The notes under the pieces were generated by a model that saw only the letters and a program-made list of their open reading frames with translations, was not told the DNA's origin and searched no databases. A program made the translations under genes and the position numbers. Below, one piece after another: positions 43,259 through 52,306 of a stretch of 64,000 bases of DNA. The DNA is from a phage, in the sequence record PX092659.1; one strand, written 5' to 3'. The stretch's first letter is position 1. Each line of letters begins with the position of its first letter.

Positions 43259-43848
43259 TGAAGGTTAAATTCTGGTCAGACTTGCACTTAGACCACCCTG
43301 GAGCACTACGTTTCCGTCCGTGGTTTAAGAACATGAAAGAGCACGATGAGTATATTCTAGATACTTTGTCCAAGCATATTGGTAAACGAACAAAACTTAT
43401 TTTGCTAGGAGATATTGCAGTAGGTCGTGAAGGTCTGGACAAATTAAAGTCGGTTATCCACAATGTCCCTAATCAACTCATTATGGGTAATCATGATGCG
43501 GAGCGTCAAGGACTGAGTATTAGGGACTTAGCGGAAGTTTATGATGATATTCAGGCTCTAGGTAAACAGACTGGAGGTGGCAAAAAGTTTTGGCTATCTC
43601 ACTGCCCTTTGCATCCCAATGAACTTCGTGGTAAACTAAATATTCACGGACACGTACATACTACTTCTTTACGTGATCCACGTTATATTAATGTCTCATT
43701 TGAAATGAGTAAAATTCCAATTCCGCTAGAGGATATTGTATCTGGTAAGTTTACTAGCTATGATAGGGTAGTTAATTGTACTACCGGCGAGGTATTACAA
43801 ATAGGAGAAGACGTAGCTGCTGTATTACGTGGTGATATAAATGTCTAA
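43255..43848 (+). CDS. calcineurin-like metallophosphoesterase
   Basis: SDLHLD, LGDIAVG, GNHD, GHVH motifs. Confidence 0.7.
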   Translation: MMKVKFWSDLHLDHPGALRFRPWFKNMKEHDEYILDTLSKHIGKRTKLILLGDIAVGREGLDKLKSVIHNVPNQLIMGNHDAERQGLSIRDLAEVYDDIQALGKQTGGGKKFWLSHCPLHPNELRGKLNIHGHVHTTSLRDPRYINVSFEMSKIPIPLEDIVSGKFTSYDRVVNCTTGEVLQIGEDVAAVLRGDINV

Positions 43849-43956
43849 GTATATAGCTGAGGCTATTATTAAACGAATCATACAAGCGATAGCAATACTT
43901 ATAATTATTTGTATTGCTATTGGCACAGGATTAGGCATTTTAACTAAAAGTTTTAT

Positions 43957-43985
43957 TTGCTAAAATGCTTAAGTTTCTGTATAAT
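43957..43985 (+). promoter_or_regulatory. T5-type promoter
   Basis: TTGCTA-17-TATAAT. Confidence 0.65.
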
Positions 43986-44015
43986 TACTTTATAAATTGA
44001 TGAGAAGGAATCAAA

Positions 44016-44447
44016 ATGAACAAAGTTGATAAAGCTCTAGTTTTCGCAGCAGCAGATAAGTTTGAACAAGTTAAGGCAACTTTCCGAACCTTGTTCCAGT
44101 CTTACGTTCAGGATAAGTCTAATCCTATTTCTGAACGCTTGATGGTTTGGGAGTGTCATGCTTGCAATGCCCTGCTAATTGCTGATTACCGTAGTGATAT
44201 AGATAAAGATCTTTGTGAAATCCTTATCCCCGAGGAAGCAGAACGTTATCAGTTAATCTCTTTCCAAGATTTGGCGGAGCATATCATTCCTGATGATCTT
44301 TGGGACAAATATTACGGTGATCCTGAAGATGAAGGAATGACTCCAGAAGCCTGTATTGAGCTGATCTGCAAAGATCATCCTGAAATTGCAGAGAAATTTG
44401 AAAAAGTTTTTGCTTCTGAGTTCTCCGGCGTTGTTAACGATTGGTAA
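44016..44447 (+). CDS. hypothetical protein (143 aa)
   Basis: ORF with AGGAA RBS. Confidence 0.5.
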   Translation: MNKVDKALVFAAADKFEQVKATFRTLFQSYVQDKSNPISERLMVWECHACNALLIADYRSDIDKDLCEILIPEEAERYQLISFQDLAEHIIPDDLWDKYYGDPEDEGMTPEACIELICKDHPEIAEKFEKVFASEFSGVVNDW

Positions 44448-44464
44448 GTAATTAAAAAATTCAG

Positions 44465-44493
44465 TTGCTTTAAGCCTTAAAATTCTGTATAAT
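44465..44493 (+). promoter_or_regulatory. T5-type promoter
   Basis: TTGCTT-17-TATAAT. Confidence 0.65.
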
Positions 44494-44525
44494 AAGTTCA
44501 TAAATTAATGAGAGAGGAAATTCTA

Positions 44526-44804
44526 ATGGAAAACATGACTAAAGACTTCGACGCCTCTAACCTTACCAAGACTGAAATGGCCAATGTATTAGCAATTCTC
44601 CTCGACATGCAAGGATTTGAGGGGCAACTGATGAAAATGTCTATTCCGGCGATGAAGAAGATGTATGATTCTCTTAACAAGAACGCTATGGCCTTTAACT
44701 TAGCAAAACAAGAGGCACGCTTTGCTAAGGAGCATCAAGCAGTGGCAGAACGCCGAGCAGCTAGCTTTGAGCGTGAAGTCAAGCAATTAAAGAAAAAATG
44801 CTAA
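44526..44804 (+). CDS. hypothetical protein (92 aa)
   Basis: Listed ORF 44508.. trimmed to ATG after GAGGAAA. Confidence 0.45.
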   Translation: MENMTKDFDASNLTKTEMANVLAILLDMQGFEGQLMKMSIPAMKKMYDSLNKNAMAFNLAKQEARFAKEHQAVAERRAASFEREVKQLKKKC

Positions 44805-45334
44805 CACAAGAAAGATTAAAAGAGTTATTTGAATACCGCCCGGAAACGGGCGAGTTTATAAGGAAAGTCAGTAGAGGACGAGGTAAAGCAGGTAGTATTG
44901 CTGGTAGTCCTGATAAGGATGGTTATATATTTATTGGGATAAATAGAAGAAGATATGCAGCCCATAGGTTAGCCTTTTTGTACATGGAGGGGTATATTCC
45001 AAATCTAGTACACCACTTAAATAATATAAGAAAAGATAATAGATGGTGTAATTTAAAAGATTGTACGTCCCAAGAAAATAATCGTAGCAAAATCGCTCAA
45101 TCTAATTCGGGGTACTTAGGAGTTACCTGGAAAAAAGATCGACAACAATGGAGAGTCCAGGCCAGAAGCGCCGAAAGCATTACAGTACACGGAGGCTACT
45201 TTAGGTATCTAGATTTAGAGTTGGCAGTTCAAAGAGCTAATGAACTACGTTTAGAACTACATGGGCCTAATGCTGTTATAGAAACTTTTGATCATACAAA
45301 ACCCTTACCTACTTTAGAGGACTTAAATAAATGA
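44798..45334 (+). CDS. HNH homing endonuclease
   Basis: AAHRLAFLYMEGYIPNLVHHLNNIRKDNRWCNL...QEN and AP2-like GVTWKKDRQQWRVQ. Confidence 0.7.
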   Translation: MLTQERLKELFEYRPETGEFIRKVSRGRGKAGSIAGSPDKDGYIFIGINRRRYAAHRLAFLYMEGYIPNLVHHLNNIRKDNRWCNLKDCTSQENNRSKIAQSNSGYLGVTWKKDRQQWRVQARSAESITVHGGYFRYLDLELAVQRANELRLELHGPNAVIETFDHTKPLPTLEDLNK

Positions 45335-45612
45335 TTACAGAAATTCTCATTGGATTGCTAGTGCTTATGACACTAGCAGCGATTGGTGGGATTATTGGTA
45401 TTGTAAGCATACGAAAAAATATGGAGGGTATGATTATTACTAATAGTGGACTTCACTGTCGTTTGATAGAACAAGAACAAGATATTGAACTAGCACAGAG
45501 ACGCTCAGATATTCTAAAAGAAAAACTAAACAATATTGAAGCAATAGCTGGAAATACCAAATTACCTGCCAAAGTAATGCGTGCACAGATAATCACGGAG
45601 ATTAAAAAATGA
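45331..45612 (+). CDS. small membrane protein (93 aa)
   Basis: N-terminal TM helix. Confidence 0.45.
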   Translation: MITEILIGLLVLMTLAAIGGIIGIVSIRKNMEGMIITNSGLHCRLIEQEQDIELAQRRSDILKEKLNNIEAIAGNTKLPAKVMRAQIITEIKK

Positions 45613-45854
45613 TGATGTTTATTCTAGCATTTTATTTGATTGTGGTAGGGGTTCTAGTTACTAAGTACCATACATGGGCACCAAAGAATGTAGGTAAGGT
45701 AGCACTGTTTGTTATCCCAGTTCCACTTATTATACTTTCTATGCTACTGGTGATGTTAATAGGTAAAGTAACAAAAACAGATGTTAAGCGCATTGCTGAC
45801 GAATTGCAACAGTCCTGTGATATGGTTGAGGATATTCTTAAAGATGAAGCTTAA
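45609..45854 (+). CDS. small membrane protein (81 aa)
   Basis: Two hydrophobic helices. Confidence 0.45.
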   Translation: MMMFILAFYLIVVGVLVTKYHTWAPKNVGKVALFVIPVPLIILSMLLVMLIGKVTKTDVKRIADELQQSCDMVEDILKDEA

Positions 45855-46170
45855 TTTTAATGAATTAAATACCTTACATGAGATATTACAGTTTGTGAAT
45901 AATAATATTAGTATTCCAGATGATACACTAGAAGTTCTCAGGGTAATCGAGAAAAAGGTAGGAATTGAAATTGAGGACTCTTGGAAACCACTTTCTGTAT
46001 TAACACCTCTTAATATGAAAGTGATAGTTAAAAATATCGATACTGGTGAAGAATGTAAGATGATTCGTAAAGAACTAGCTGATAGTTATTCACCAAAGTC
46101 TGTAGTAATGTATCATGATGACACACCTAAGATCCTACAGACAGCTAATTACGTATGGCGTCTCCCATGA
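45844..46170 (+). CDS. hypothetical protein (108 aa)
   Basis: Listed ORF 45781.. trimmed to ATG overlapping upstream stop. Confidence 0.45.
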   Translation: MKLNFNELNTLHEILQFVNNNISIPDDTLEVLRVIEKKVGIEIEDSWKPLSVLTPLNMKVIVKNIDTGEECKMIRKELADSYSPKSVVMYHDDTPKILQTANYVWRLP

Positions 46171-46314
46171 TTGATTTAGTACCAATTACTGCGGGGCTAC
46201 TGGCACTATTAGTGCTCGCAGTTTTTATTATTGTGGAGCAGGCCAAAGTAATAAGGAGACTTAAAAACAATGATAAAACGTCTTGTTTATCAGGCACCAA
46301 AGATTGTAACTGAG
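46168..46314 (+). CDS. small membrane protein (48 aa)
   Basis: Plus-strand ATG overlapping upstream stop; preferred over antisense ORF 46145..46354. Confidence 0.3.
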
Positions 46315-46470
46315 TATTTTGTATTACTGCCTCAGATTGTATTTCTAACAGCATTATTTAATATACTTTTTCGACATCTAGGAATAACGGAAAATATTTT
46401 CTACACTTCTGAACTACTTCCTTTTATGTACGAAGGCATCCTCGTGGCAATTAACGGAGTTCGTAAATGA
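46270..46470 (+). CDS. small membrane protein (66 aa)
   Basis: ORF in array. Confidence 0.4.
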   Translation: MIKRLVYQAPKIVTEYFVLLPQIVFLTALFNILFRHLGITENIFYTSELLPFMYEGILVAINGVRK

Positions 46471-46928
46471 CAGCACTACAACAACTACAGAATTACTGGT
46501 TTGATAACCAATTTAACGATCTCTTTATCCAGTTATTTGTCGAAACGAACGGACGCTTCAACTACCGATTCTTTAATAAGTTTCACGAAACAAAATTCTC
46601 GCATACAGAAATTAATGCAGCGATCCAAGACCTAACTGGTTCTAAAGTAATTCAGTATCGTGAAGTAGACTTCACACCGGATTGCTTTGGGTTTAAATTG
46701 TTTAAGAAAGCGTATAAATTTGGTAAGTTTGAAGATGCTCGTCAATGGGTTTACGATTTCTGGTACAACACTGATATTGTTCCTAGTCGTGTACTGATTC
46801 TTAACTGGATTGCTAAACAACATCCACCTAAAGCTCAATCGTCCTTCTTACCAACAGACACAGGAAACCTTTACCATGACAGAAAAGAAAAATCCATTGC
46901 TGGAGCAGATGAAGGAATGGGAGAGTAA
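46467..46928 (+). CDS. hypothetical protein (153 aa)
   Basis: ORF, ATGA overlap. Confidence 0.5.
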   Translation: MTALQQLQNYWFDNQFNDLFIQLFVETNGRFNYRFFNKFHETKFSHTEINAAIQDLTGSKVIQYREVDFTPDCFGFKLFKKAYKFGKFEDARQWVYDFWYNTDIVPSRVLILNWIAKQHPPKAQSSFLPTDTGNLYHDRKEKSIAGADEGMGE

Positions 46929-47247
46929 TATTGAATCTGGCCTAATAGACGGTGAAGATATTGTTAACTCTATGCTAGAAGTAACAATAGATAATATTAA
47001 TCCTATTTTGGCCAGTGAAACCTCAGATCTTATAGGACTTTCTAGTACTTTCGATTCTTTAGCTAAATTAGCTTTAGATAATGAAGAGATAACCAAAGAA
47101 GATCTCGCCTCATCTATGAATATGGCTATTAACGCTTACATCGGCAAACGTACCGATGAACTTGGTAAACAGATCAATAAGCGTGATACTACGCTAGGTC
47201 TTATGGAAACGGCCACTATGTTACGAAGTGGTAAACAACTTCATTAA
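46876..47247 (+). CDS. hypothetical protein (about 123 aa)
   Basis: Listed ORF 46810.. trimmed to internal ATG (MTEKKNP). Confidence 0.45.
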   Translation: MTEKKNPLLEQMKEWESNIESGLIDGEDIVNSMLEVTIDNINPILASETSDLIGLSSTFDSLAKLALDNEEITKEDLASSMNMAINAYIGKRTDELGKQINKRDTTLGLMETATMLRSGKQLH

Positions 47248-47253
47248 TTCTAG

Positions 47254-47284
47254 AGGCCAGGACTTAATTGTTCTGGCCTTTTGT
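47254..47284 (+). terminator. intrinsic terminator
   Basis: Stem aggccag/ctggcct then TTTTGTGTTT. Confidence 0.7.
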
Positions 47285-47302
47285 GTTTCAAGGAACTTCA
47301 AA

Positions 47303-47506
47303 ATGCAAGTATATGTCCTTACCAGAGATATAAATGAGTATAATCAGGATGGTGAGTATTTTGTAAAAGTATTCGCTGAAAAGCCAAGTAAACAACAATT
47401 ATTAGATGCTGGAGTACCGGAAGACCAAGCTAAGTGTTTACTACAAGATAAAGAATTTACTGGAGATGCTTACGAATGTTTCTACCTTAACTGTGAGACT
47501 ATTTAA
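47303..47506 (+). CDS. hypothetical protein (67 aa)
   Basis: Listed ORF 47228.. trimmed to ATG after the terminator. Confidence 0.45.
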   Translation: MQVYVLTRDINEYNQDGEYFVKVFAEKPSKQQLLDAGVPEDQAKCLLQDKEFTGDAYECFYLNCETI

Positions 47507-47507
47507 T

Positions 47508-47948
47508 ATGAGAGAGAAAGTAAATGAATTATTAATCGAGGAAGCTAACAACTTTCCAATAAATAGGTTCATTAAATCGGATGGTTCTATTAATAGAACT
47601 AAGATTAAGCAGCTACATTCCGACTTCCAGCAAGAAGCACTAAACCTTATATTTATCAAGAAAGCCGTTGCAGCTCACGGGGCTTTCTTCGGATATGAGC
47701 GTGTAAATTATAAAACAATGCAACAGCAAGTAGAGATCTATTGTCCAGATCACGATGATTATTACTGGCAAACTGCTAGATCTCATTTAGAAGGGCATGG
47801 TTGTCGACTGTGTGCACACAAGGTTGTGCAGCGTGTCACGGATTATGGAACCTATACCGTACCAGCATGTTATCATAAATTTGTAATTGACGATAACCAT
47901 ATAGTTTGGTATAATAAGTTTTCAAAGTTAAGAATGGAGATAAAATAA
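47508..47948 (+). CDS. hypothetical protein (146 aa), Cys/His cluster
   Basis: Listed ORF 47406.. trimmed to ATG; HGCRLCAH motif. Confidence 0.45.
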   Translation: MREKVNELLIEEANNFPINRFIKSDGSINRTKIKQLHSDFQQEALNLIFIKKAVAAHGAFFGYERVNYKTMQQQVEIYCPDHDDYYWQTARSHLEGHGCRLCAHKVVQRVTDYGTYTVPACYHKFVIDDNHIVWYNKFSKLRMEIK

Positions 47949-48133
47949 TGGAAACTCTTTTTATTTTAATGCTAGTAGGTTCCTTGCTAGTTATACTAGC
48001 ACTTCTATTTATTTGCAATCTTCTTAATAAAGAGAACCTAGAGTTAAAGTGTGAGAACCAAATCCTTAACCGTGAGATTAAACAATATAATCTAGCAGCT
48101 CATAATCTGCTAGACAAACTGGAGAATAAGTAA
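47948..48133 (+). CDS. small membrane protein (61 aa)
   Basis: N-terminal TM helix then coiled coil. Confidence 0.45.
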   Translation: METLFILMLVGSLLVILALLFICNLLNKENLELKCENQILNREIKQYNLAAHNLLDKLENK

Positions 48134-48744
48134 TGACTTTTAATACACAACAATCTATTCAAGTAGTACCAGACCATGAACTGAATACGTGGGATTATAG
48201 CTTTAAAGATTTAACTGCTACTGTACAATTCAAATCTATGAAGCTAACATTTGCACACACTGACCTTAAAGCCTGTAAGGATTTTGAAGGTAAGCTCGGA
48301 GATGCTCGTAAGATCTTTGGCAAGGCTCGTATTCCAGCGGATAACCTTATTAATGCATTAATAGATGCTGGTTATAAACTCATGAAGGCTGAGGTAAACC
48401 GTCCTAGTGCTCCAGTAACTATTCGAAATCCGTGGCCGTCAGGGCCAATTACAGTGCGGAACAGTCCTAAAGTAACGTCGGATTTGCACAATGTTCCGTG
48501 CGGTGGCATTATAGAAAATAGTTCCTCATATCGAGTTGGTGAAGATTACGGCCCTTCTGTACAGCTGAAACATACTCAAGAAGCTTTTGAATCTGATATG
48601 CGAAGCGTAGCACCTGCGGATGCTGGAGTTTCTAGGGATTCTGTTTATACTATTCATTTTAATAATCCTGGTAAGCATGGAAGTCTAAATGATGCAATTA
48701 TGGAGGCACTGGGAGCTGTTATTAACGAAAGTAAAAAGGATTAA
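48133..48744 (+). CDS. hypothetical protein (203 aa)
   Basis: ORF, ATGA overlap. Confidence 0.5.
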   Translation: MTFNTQQSIQVVPDHELNTWDYSFKDLTATVQFKSMKLTFAHTDLKACKDFEGKLGDARKIFGKARIPADNLINALIDAGYKLMKAEVNRPSAPVTIRNPWPSGPITVRNSPKVTSDLHNVPCGGIIENSSSYRVGEDYGPSVQLKHTQEAFESDMRSVAPADAGVSRDSVYTIHFNNPGKHGSLNDAIMEALGAVINESKKD

Positions 48745-48823
48745 TAATTCCTAACACACGAGCCTCTACGGAGGCTCTAAAATAAAAAGAAGGTCATCCA
48801 GACCTTAAAAATGGGAGATAATA

Positions 48824-49708
48824 ATGTATAACTTTAAAGATAAACTAAGACAAAATGCTGGTAAAACAAAACCTAAAGAGAACAATAATATTCCTAATGC
48901 CAAAGTATTACCATTTCCAGAACTATCTCAAGAAGAAAAAGATAAATTAGCATTTATGTTTGATGCCCTTCTAGGGCTAAATGGACGTTTATATTCCTCA
49001 CTCAATATTAATGAGAAACGTTTAGTAGAGATGTTTTGTAAACGTTATCAAGTTACTTCAAAGGGCAATTCTTATAAAGAAGGCGAGAAAGCATTCACAG
49101 TCTTAAAAATCAGTGCATATGCACATCGTTTCTTAGTTTATGGGTTACAGATGGAATACTTCACCATCCCATCATTTAGCTCTTTCCATATCTTTGAAGA
49201 TGAACGAATGAATATTGATGATCTCTATGGGGATACGTACAAATATTCAGGAAGTCCATTCCATGATGCATTAAGAAGCTATCCTACTAGTTATCTGCCA
49301 GTTAGGGCATCACAAGGTAAAGCTAGCGTCTTCGCTGTGTACTCAGGATCTAAAGCATCGGATCTAGAAACTTATATATTTAAAGAGCGTAAATCTGTGC
49401 TTCCAGATGAAGCATTGTATAACAATCCGTTGCTTCCAGAAAAAGAACCAGAAAAAACTGATGTAACCCAACCAATCCCATCTGATTCTCAGTATTTAAT
49501 TTATGAGAAACAAGTTAAGTTATCTCTAGAAATTGGGTTAGTTACACCGCTTGCTGCAGCGTTCATAAATAGATATCTAGAAATTCCTGACGAGTTCCAC
49601 ACACGTTATAATACGAATATTCAGATAACAGATGAACTAATTGCGTTAGCAAAAGATACACCTACAGATACTGAGGCGTATCAAAAAGCATACCAAGAGT
49701 TACTGTAA
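48824..49708 (+). CDS. hypothetical protein (294 aa)
   Basis: ORF with GGAGA RBS; last plus-strand gene before the repeat region. Confidence 0.55.
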   Translation: MYNFKDKLRQNAGKTKPKENNNIPNAKVLPFPELSQEEKDKLAFMFDALLGLNGRLYSSLNINEKRLVEMFCKRYQVTSKGNSYKEGEKAFTVLKISAYAHRFLVYGLQMEYFTIPSFSSFHIFEDERMNIDDLYGDTYKYSGSPFHDALRSYPTSYLPVRASQGKASVFAVYSGSKASDLETYIFKERKSVLPDEALYNNPLLPEKEPEKTDVTQPIPSDSQYLIYEKQVKLSLEIGLVTPLAAAFINRYLEIPDEFHTRYNTNIQITDELIALAKDTPTDTEAYQKAYQELL

Positions 49709-50225
49709 GATCCTGCATGTCTCGGTGCACAATACCTGTACCGAGACAGAAATACAAACTCTCGTTGACAGATAGCTAAATGTATGTTATCATAACTCTA
49801 TGAGTTAATAGAATTAACCATTTAGAGTTGCCACACAGAAGGTGTGGTGGTTCAGTAATTTAAAATTACTAACTTGTAGCGTAGGATACGGAGCGACAGG
49901 ACAAGTTAATAAGTAATTTAATATAAATTGCTAGAAACATCACAAGACCTTCTGGCGGGGGCAAAGCTCTATATGAGAACCCTGGGGGATCTTATATTTA
50001 AAATAAAAGTAAAACTTTTGACCACATAATTTACATTCAAGATGATACACCTGTTGCCGCTCATCTGCTAGGATGGTACAACACTTTCTTCTAGACTCCT
50101 AAGTTTCTAGGGCAGTTTTCATTGTTCCTAGAAACTCCAGCAATAGGCGGTTAATACAGGGCGGTTATAGGGAGGGCGGTTATTTCTAGAAGACATTTTT
50201 TGAAAACACATTTCCAGAAATTACT

Positions 50226-50825
50226 GTCGGATTTGCACATTGTGTTTCTAGAAATTTATGGTCGGATTTGCACAAACGCCTAAGTTTTTAGGAACATATA
50301 ATCTCCTGAAAATAGCAGCATTATTTCGGGCCGAAGGCCCATGATTGCCTGAGTTTTTAGAGCCACAAGAATTTTCACTTGTCAAGCTATTTTGCCCCAT
50401 TTAGCTAATAAAATTTTACTTTTTCTGCACCTATCTCAAATTTCCCCAAATTATCTCAACTCTTCCCCAAAATCCCCGCAAATCAGGTGCTTCGCACCAA
50501 TCCTGCGCCCACATCCTTCTAGCTCCCAAATTTTTCTCGCTCTCTCATCTTCTCCTCAAACCTATACAATCACACACCCTCCAATCGAAGTCACAAAAAT
50601 CTTGTCGGATTCGCACATCTTAATCCTAGAAAAACCGTGTCGGATTTGCACATACCCCACAGGATTCGAACGCAGTTCGTGATTGCTGGAGTTTTTGGGA
50701 AAATTCGTCGTCGGATTCGCACATCACAAAAGTTTTTAGGGTCGGATTTGCACACTACCAAAAATTGTCGGATTCGCACATACACGCCAGCACGTAACCC
50801 TTGGAGCAAATGTCGGATTTGCACA
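50226..50825 (+). repeat. eight direct copies of GTCGGATT(T/C)GCACA
   Basis: Copies at 50226, 50261, 50604, 50639, 50710, 50741, 50767, 50812, all in the same orientation with irregular spacing. Confidence 0.85.
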
Positions 50826-50864
50826 AAAGCGCAGGGCAATTGCCCTGCTCGCCTGAATGCGAAT

Positions 50865-50957
50865 GATAATAAGAATCATTATCATTTAAAAAGCGAAATG
50901 AGAATGATAATAATTCGCATTTAAAAAGTGAAATGCGAATGATAATAATTCGCATTT
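50865..50957. promoter_or_regulatory. cluster of three AT-rich operator-like palindromes (Fur-box-like)
   Basis: 50865-50883 gataataagaatcattatc is 17/19 to GATAATGATAATCATTATC; 50896-50922 and 50931-50957 are 27-bp palindromes aaatg(a/c)gaatgataataattcgcattt. Confidence 0.45.
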
Positions 50958-50967
50958 AAGAATGGAA

Positions 50968-51099
50968 GTGAGAAACACTATTATTTAAGTTATCCACAGA
51001 CTTATTAACAGCACGATTTGACTTGACAGAATCCTAGCCATTTTGAGGCGTTATTAACAGACTTATCCACAGCTTATCCTACTGTATAAATATACAGTA
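50968..51099. repeat. left arm of ~130-bp imperfect inverted repeat carrying DnaA boxes and a LexA box
   Basis: Starts gtgagaaacact; TTATCCACA at 50990-50998 and 51063-51071, TTATTAACA variants at 51003 and 51050; about 80% identical to the reverse complement of 53916-54045. Confidence 0.8.
51080..51099. promoter_or_regulatory. LexA (SOS) box-like site
   Basis: TACTGTATAAATATACAGTA fits CTGT-N8-ACAG with AT spacer and TA flanks. Confidence 0.55.
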
Positions 51100-51293
51100 T
51101 TCCTATGTAGTGAATAATTCTAATATACCGCTAAAACGTCCTAGATCGCATTCTAACGCGTTTAATTTTGGTGGGGATACTAAAACAAGGGCAAAATTGG
51201 AGGAGGCTTAAAAATTAGTTAGCCCGCTAACGATCACACAAGGCGACACGTAACACCCTAATCATTAGCAGGCTAACCATCGCGGGCGCAGTC

Positions 51294-51314
51294 AAATGAG
51301 AATCATTCTCATTT
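51294..51314. promoter_or_regulatory. perfect 21-bp palindrome AAATGAGAATCATTCTCATTT
   Basis: Core TGAGAATCATTCTCA is 13/15 to Fur core TGATAATCATTATCA; same half-site as the palindromes at 50896-50957. Confidence 0.4.
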
Positions 51315-51355
51315 GAGAATTGGGGGTACTCCCTGGTAGTTGCGCCCCGTGATTA

Positions 51356-51550
51356 TTAGTCCGGTAATTGATGCGTGATCTTCTCCTCCTCCCCGTAGGA
51401 ATCGACCAAATGCTGATAATAACCATCGTGATCATAAATCACTTTATCATACTCGCCCCGCTCGACCGCTTGCCGGTTTTCCGGCGTATCGGGCACGTAA
51501 AAAACATCAACCATTGTACTGATTTTGGTTACAACAATTTTATTGCTCAT
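51356..51550 (-). CDS. hypothetical protein (64 aa)
   Basis: Last ORF of the minus-strand cassette. Confidence 0.45.
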   Translation of the reverse strand: MSNKIVVTKISTMVDVFYVPDTPENRQAVERGEYDKVIYDHDGYYQHLVDSYGEEEKITHQLPD

Positions 51551-51891
51551 TGCGCCACCTTTCGAAACGCTGTTTCAATACTATCCGCAGTGGATTGAAT
51601 ATATGCGCCTTTCATTATCAGGCGCTCGGTGCATATCTTGCGGAAAATATTAATAAAATCATCTTCATTTTCTGCAATTAACGCTTCACCCATAACCTGA
51701 ACGTCACAAGATGCAAAGGTCAAAAATTGAAACGCTAGTTCACGGGCAACGACCGCATTGATTTTATAATGCGCCGTGCCCTCATAAATATTAATAACGC
51801 CCTTATAAGCTGGTGAAAGCTGGTTTAAATAGTTTGCTAATAATGCCGGACGGCAATTAGCAACAAAGCGGTTGCCCTCATAAATAACCAT
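51547..51891 (-). CDS. hypothetical protein (about 114 aa)
   Basis: Listed ORF 51547..51930 trimmed to internal ATG (MVIYEGN). Confidence 0.45.
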   Translation of the reverse strand: MVIYEGNRFVANCRPALLANYLNQLSPAYKGVINIYEGTAHYKINAVVARELAFQFLTFASCDVQVMGEALIAENEDDFINIFRKICTERLIMKGAYIQSTADSIETAFRKVAQ

Positions 51892-51892
51892 T

Positions 51893-52105
51893 TTATAACA
51901 CTCCCCGAAACGCAGCGTAAAAGGTGGCAAAGTGTTTAACCGTTTCAGCGATCACGTTGCCGCGCTTGTCGAATTTTTTCTCGGTAACACGAAAGGCATT
52001 TTTGTTACGTGCTACATATTCGATTTTACAATCTTCCCGCTCGAACGTGCTAACATCCACCAGCTTAAAGCCTTTCGAACGAGCAAGAGAAACGTTGCGG
52101 ATCAT
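51893..52105 (-). CDS. hypothetical protein (70 aa)
   Basis: ORF; AGGAG RBS on minus strand. Confidence 0.45.
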   Translation of the reverse strand: MIRNVSLARSKGFKLVDVSTFEREDCKIEYVARNKNAFRVTEKKFDKRGNVIAETVKHFATFYAAFRGVL

Positions 52106-52107
52106 TT

Positions 52108-52257
52108 TTATTCTCCTTTACTAGTCATGCAGCCCAGCAGATAAGAAAATACAGCAATGCCAGCACCAACAATAACGGCGTGAACACCGAAAGCTATTGC
52201 AAACAACGATAAAATAGCGCCCAAGATACCTGCCAGAATAGCTCGAAAAATAACCAT
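52108..52257 (-). CDS. small membrane protein (49 aa)
   Basis: Hand-translated minus-strand ORF MVIFRAILAGILG...; stop abuts next start; below ORF-track cutoff. Confidence 0.3.
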   Translation of the reverse strand: MVIFRAILAGILGAILSLFAIAFGVHAVIVGAGIAVFSYLLGCMTSKGE

Positions 52258-52306
52258 TTGTAATACTCCCCTAGTTAGTGGGGCGAAAGTAACGCCCCGT
52301 TATTAA

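Noticed and set aside
46145-46354. 69-aa minus-strand ORF
   Set aside because: A plus-strand small membrane ORF (46168..46314) with stop-start coupling to neighbours explains the interval better
50226-50825. CRISPR array
   Set aside because: Repeats are only 14 bp, spacing ranges from about 20 to over 300 bp, and no cas genes are present
50392-50955. ORFs 50392..50682, 50591..50839, 50637..50924, 50755..50955
   Set aside because: Mutually overlapping on both strands within the direct-repeat and palindrome region, low-complexity products, no RBS
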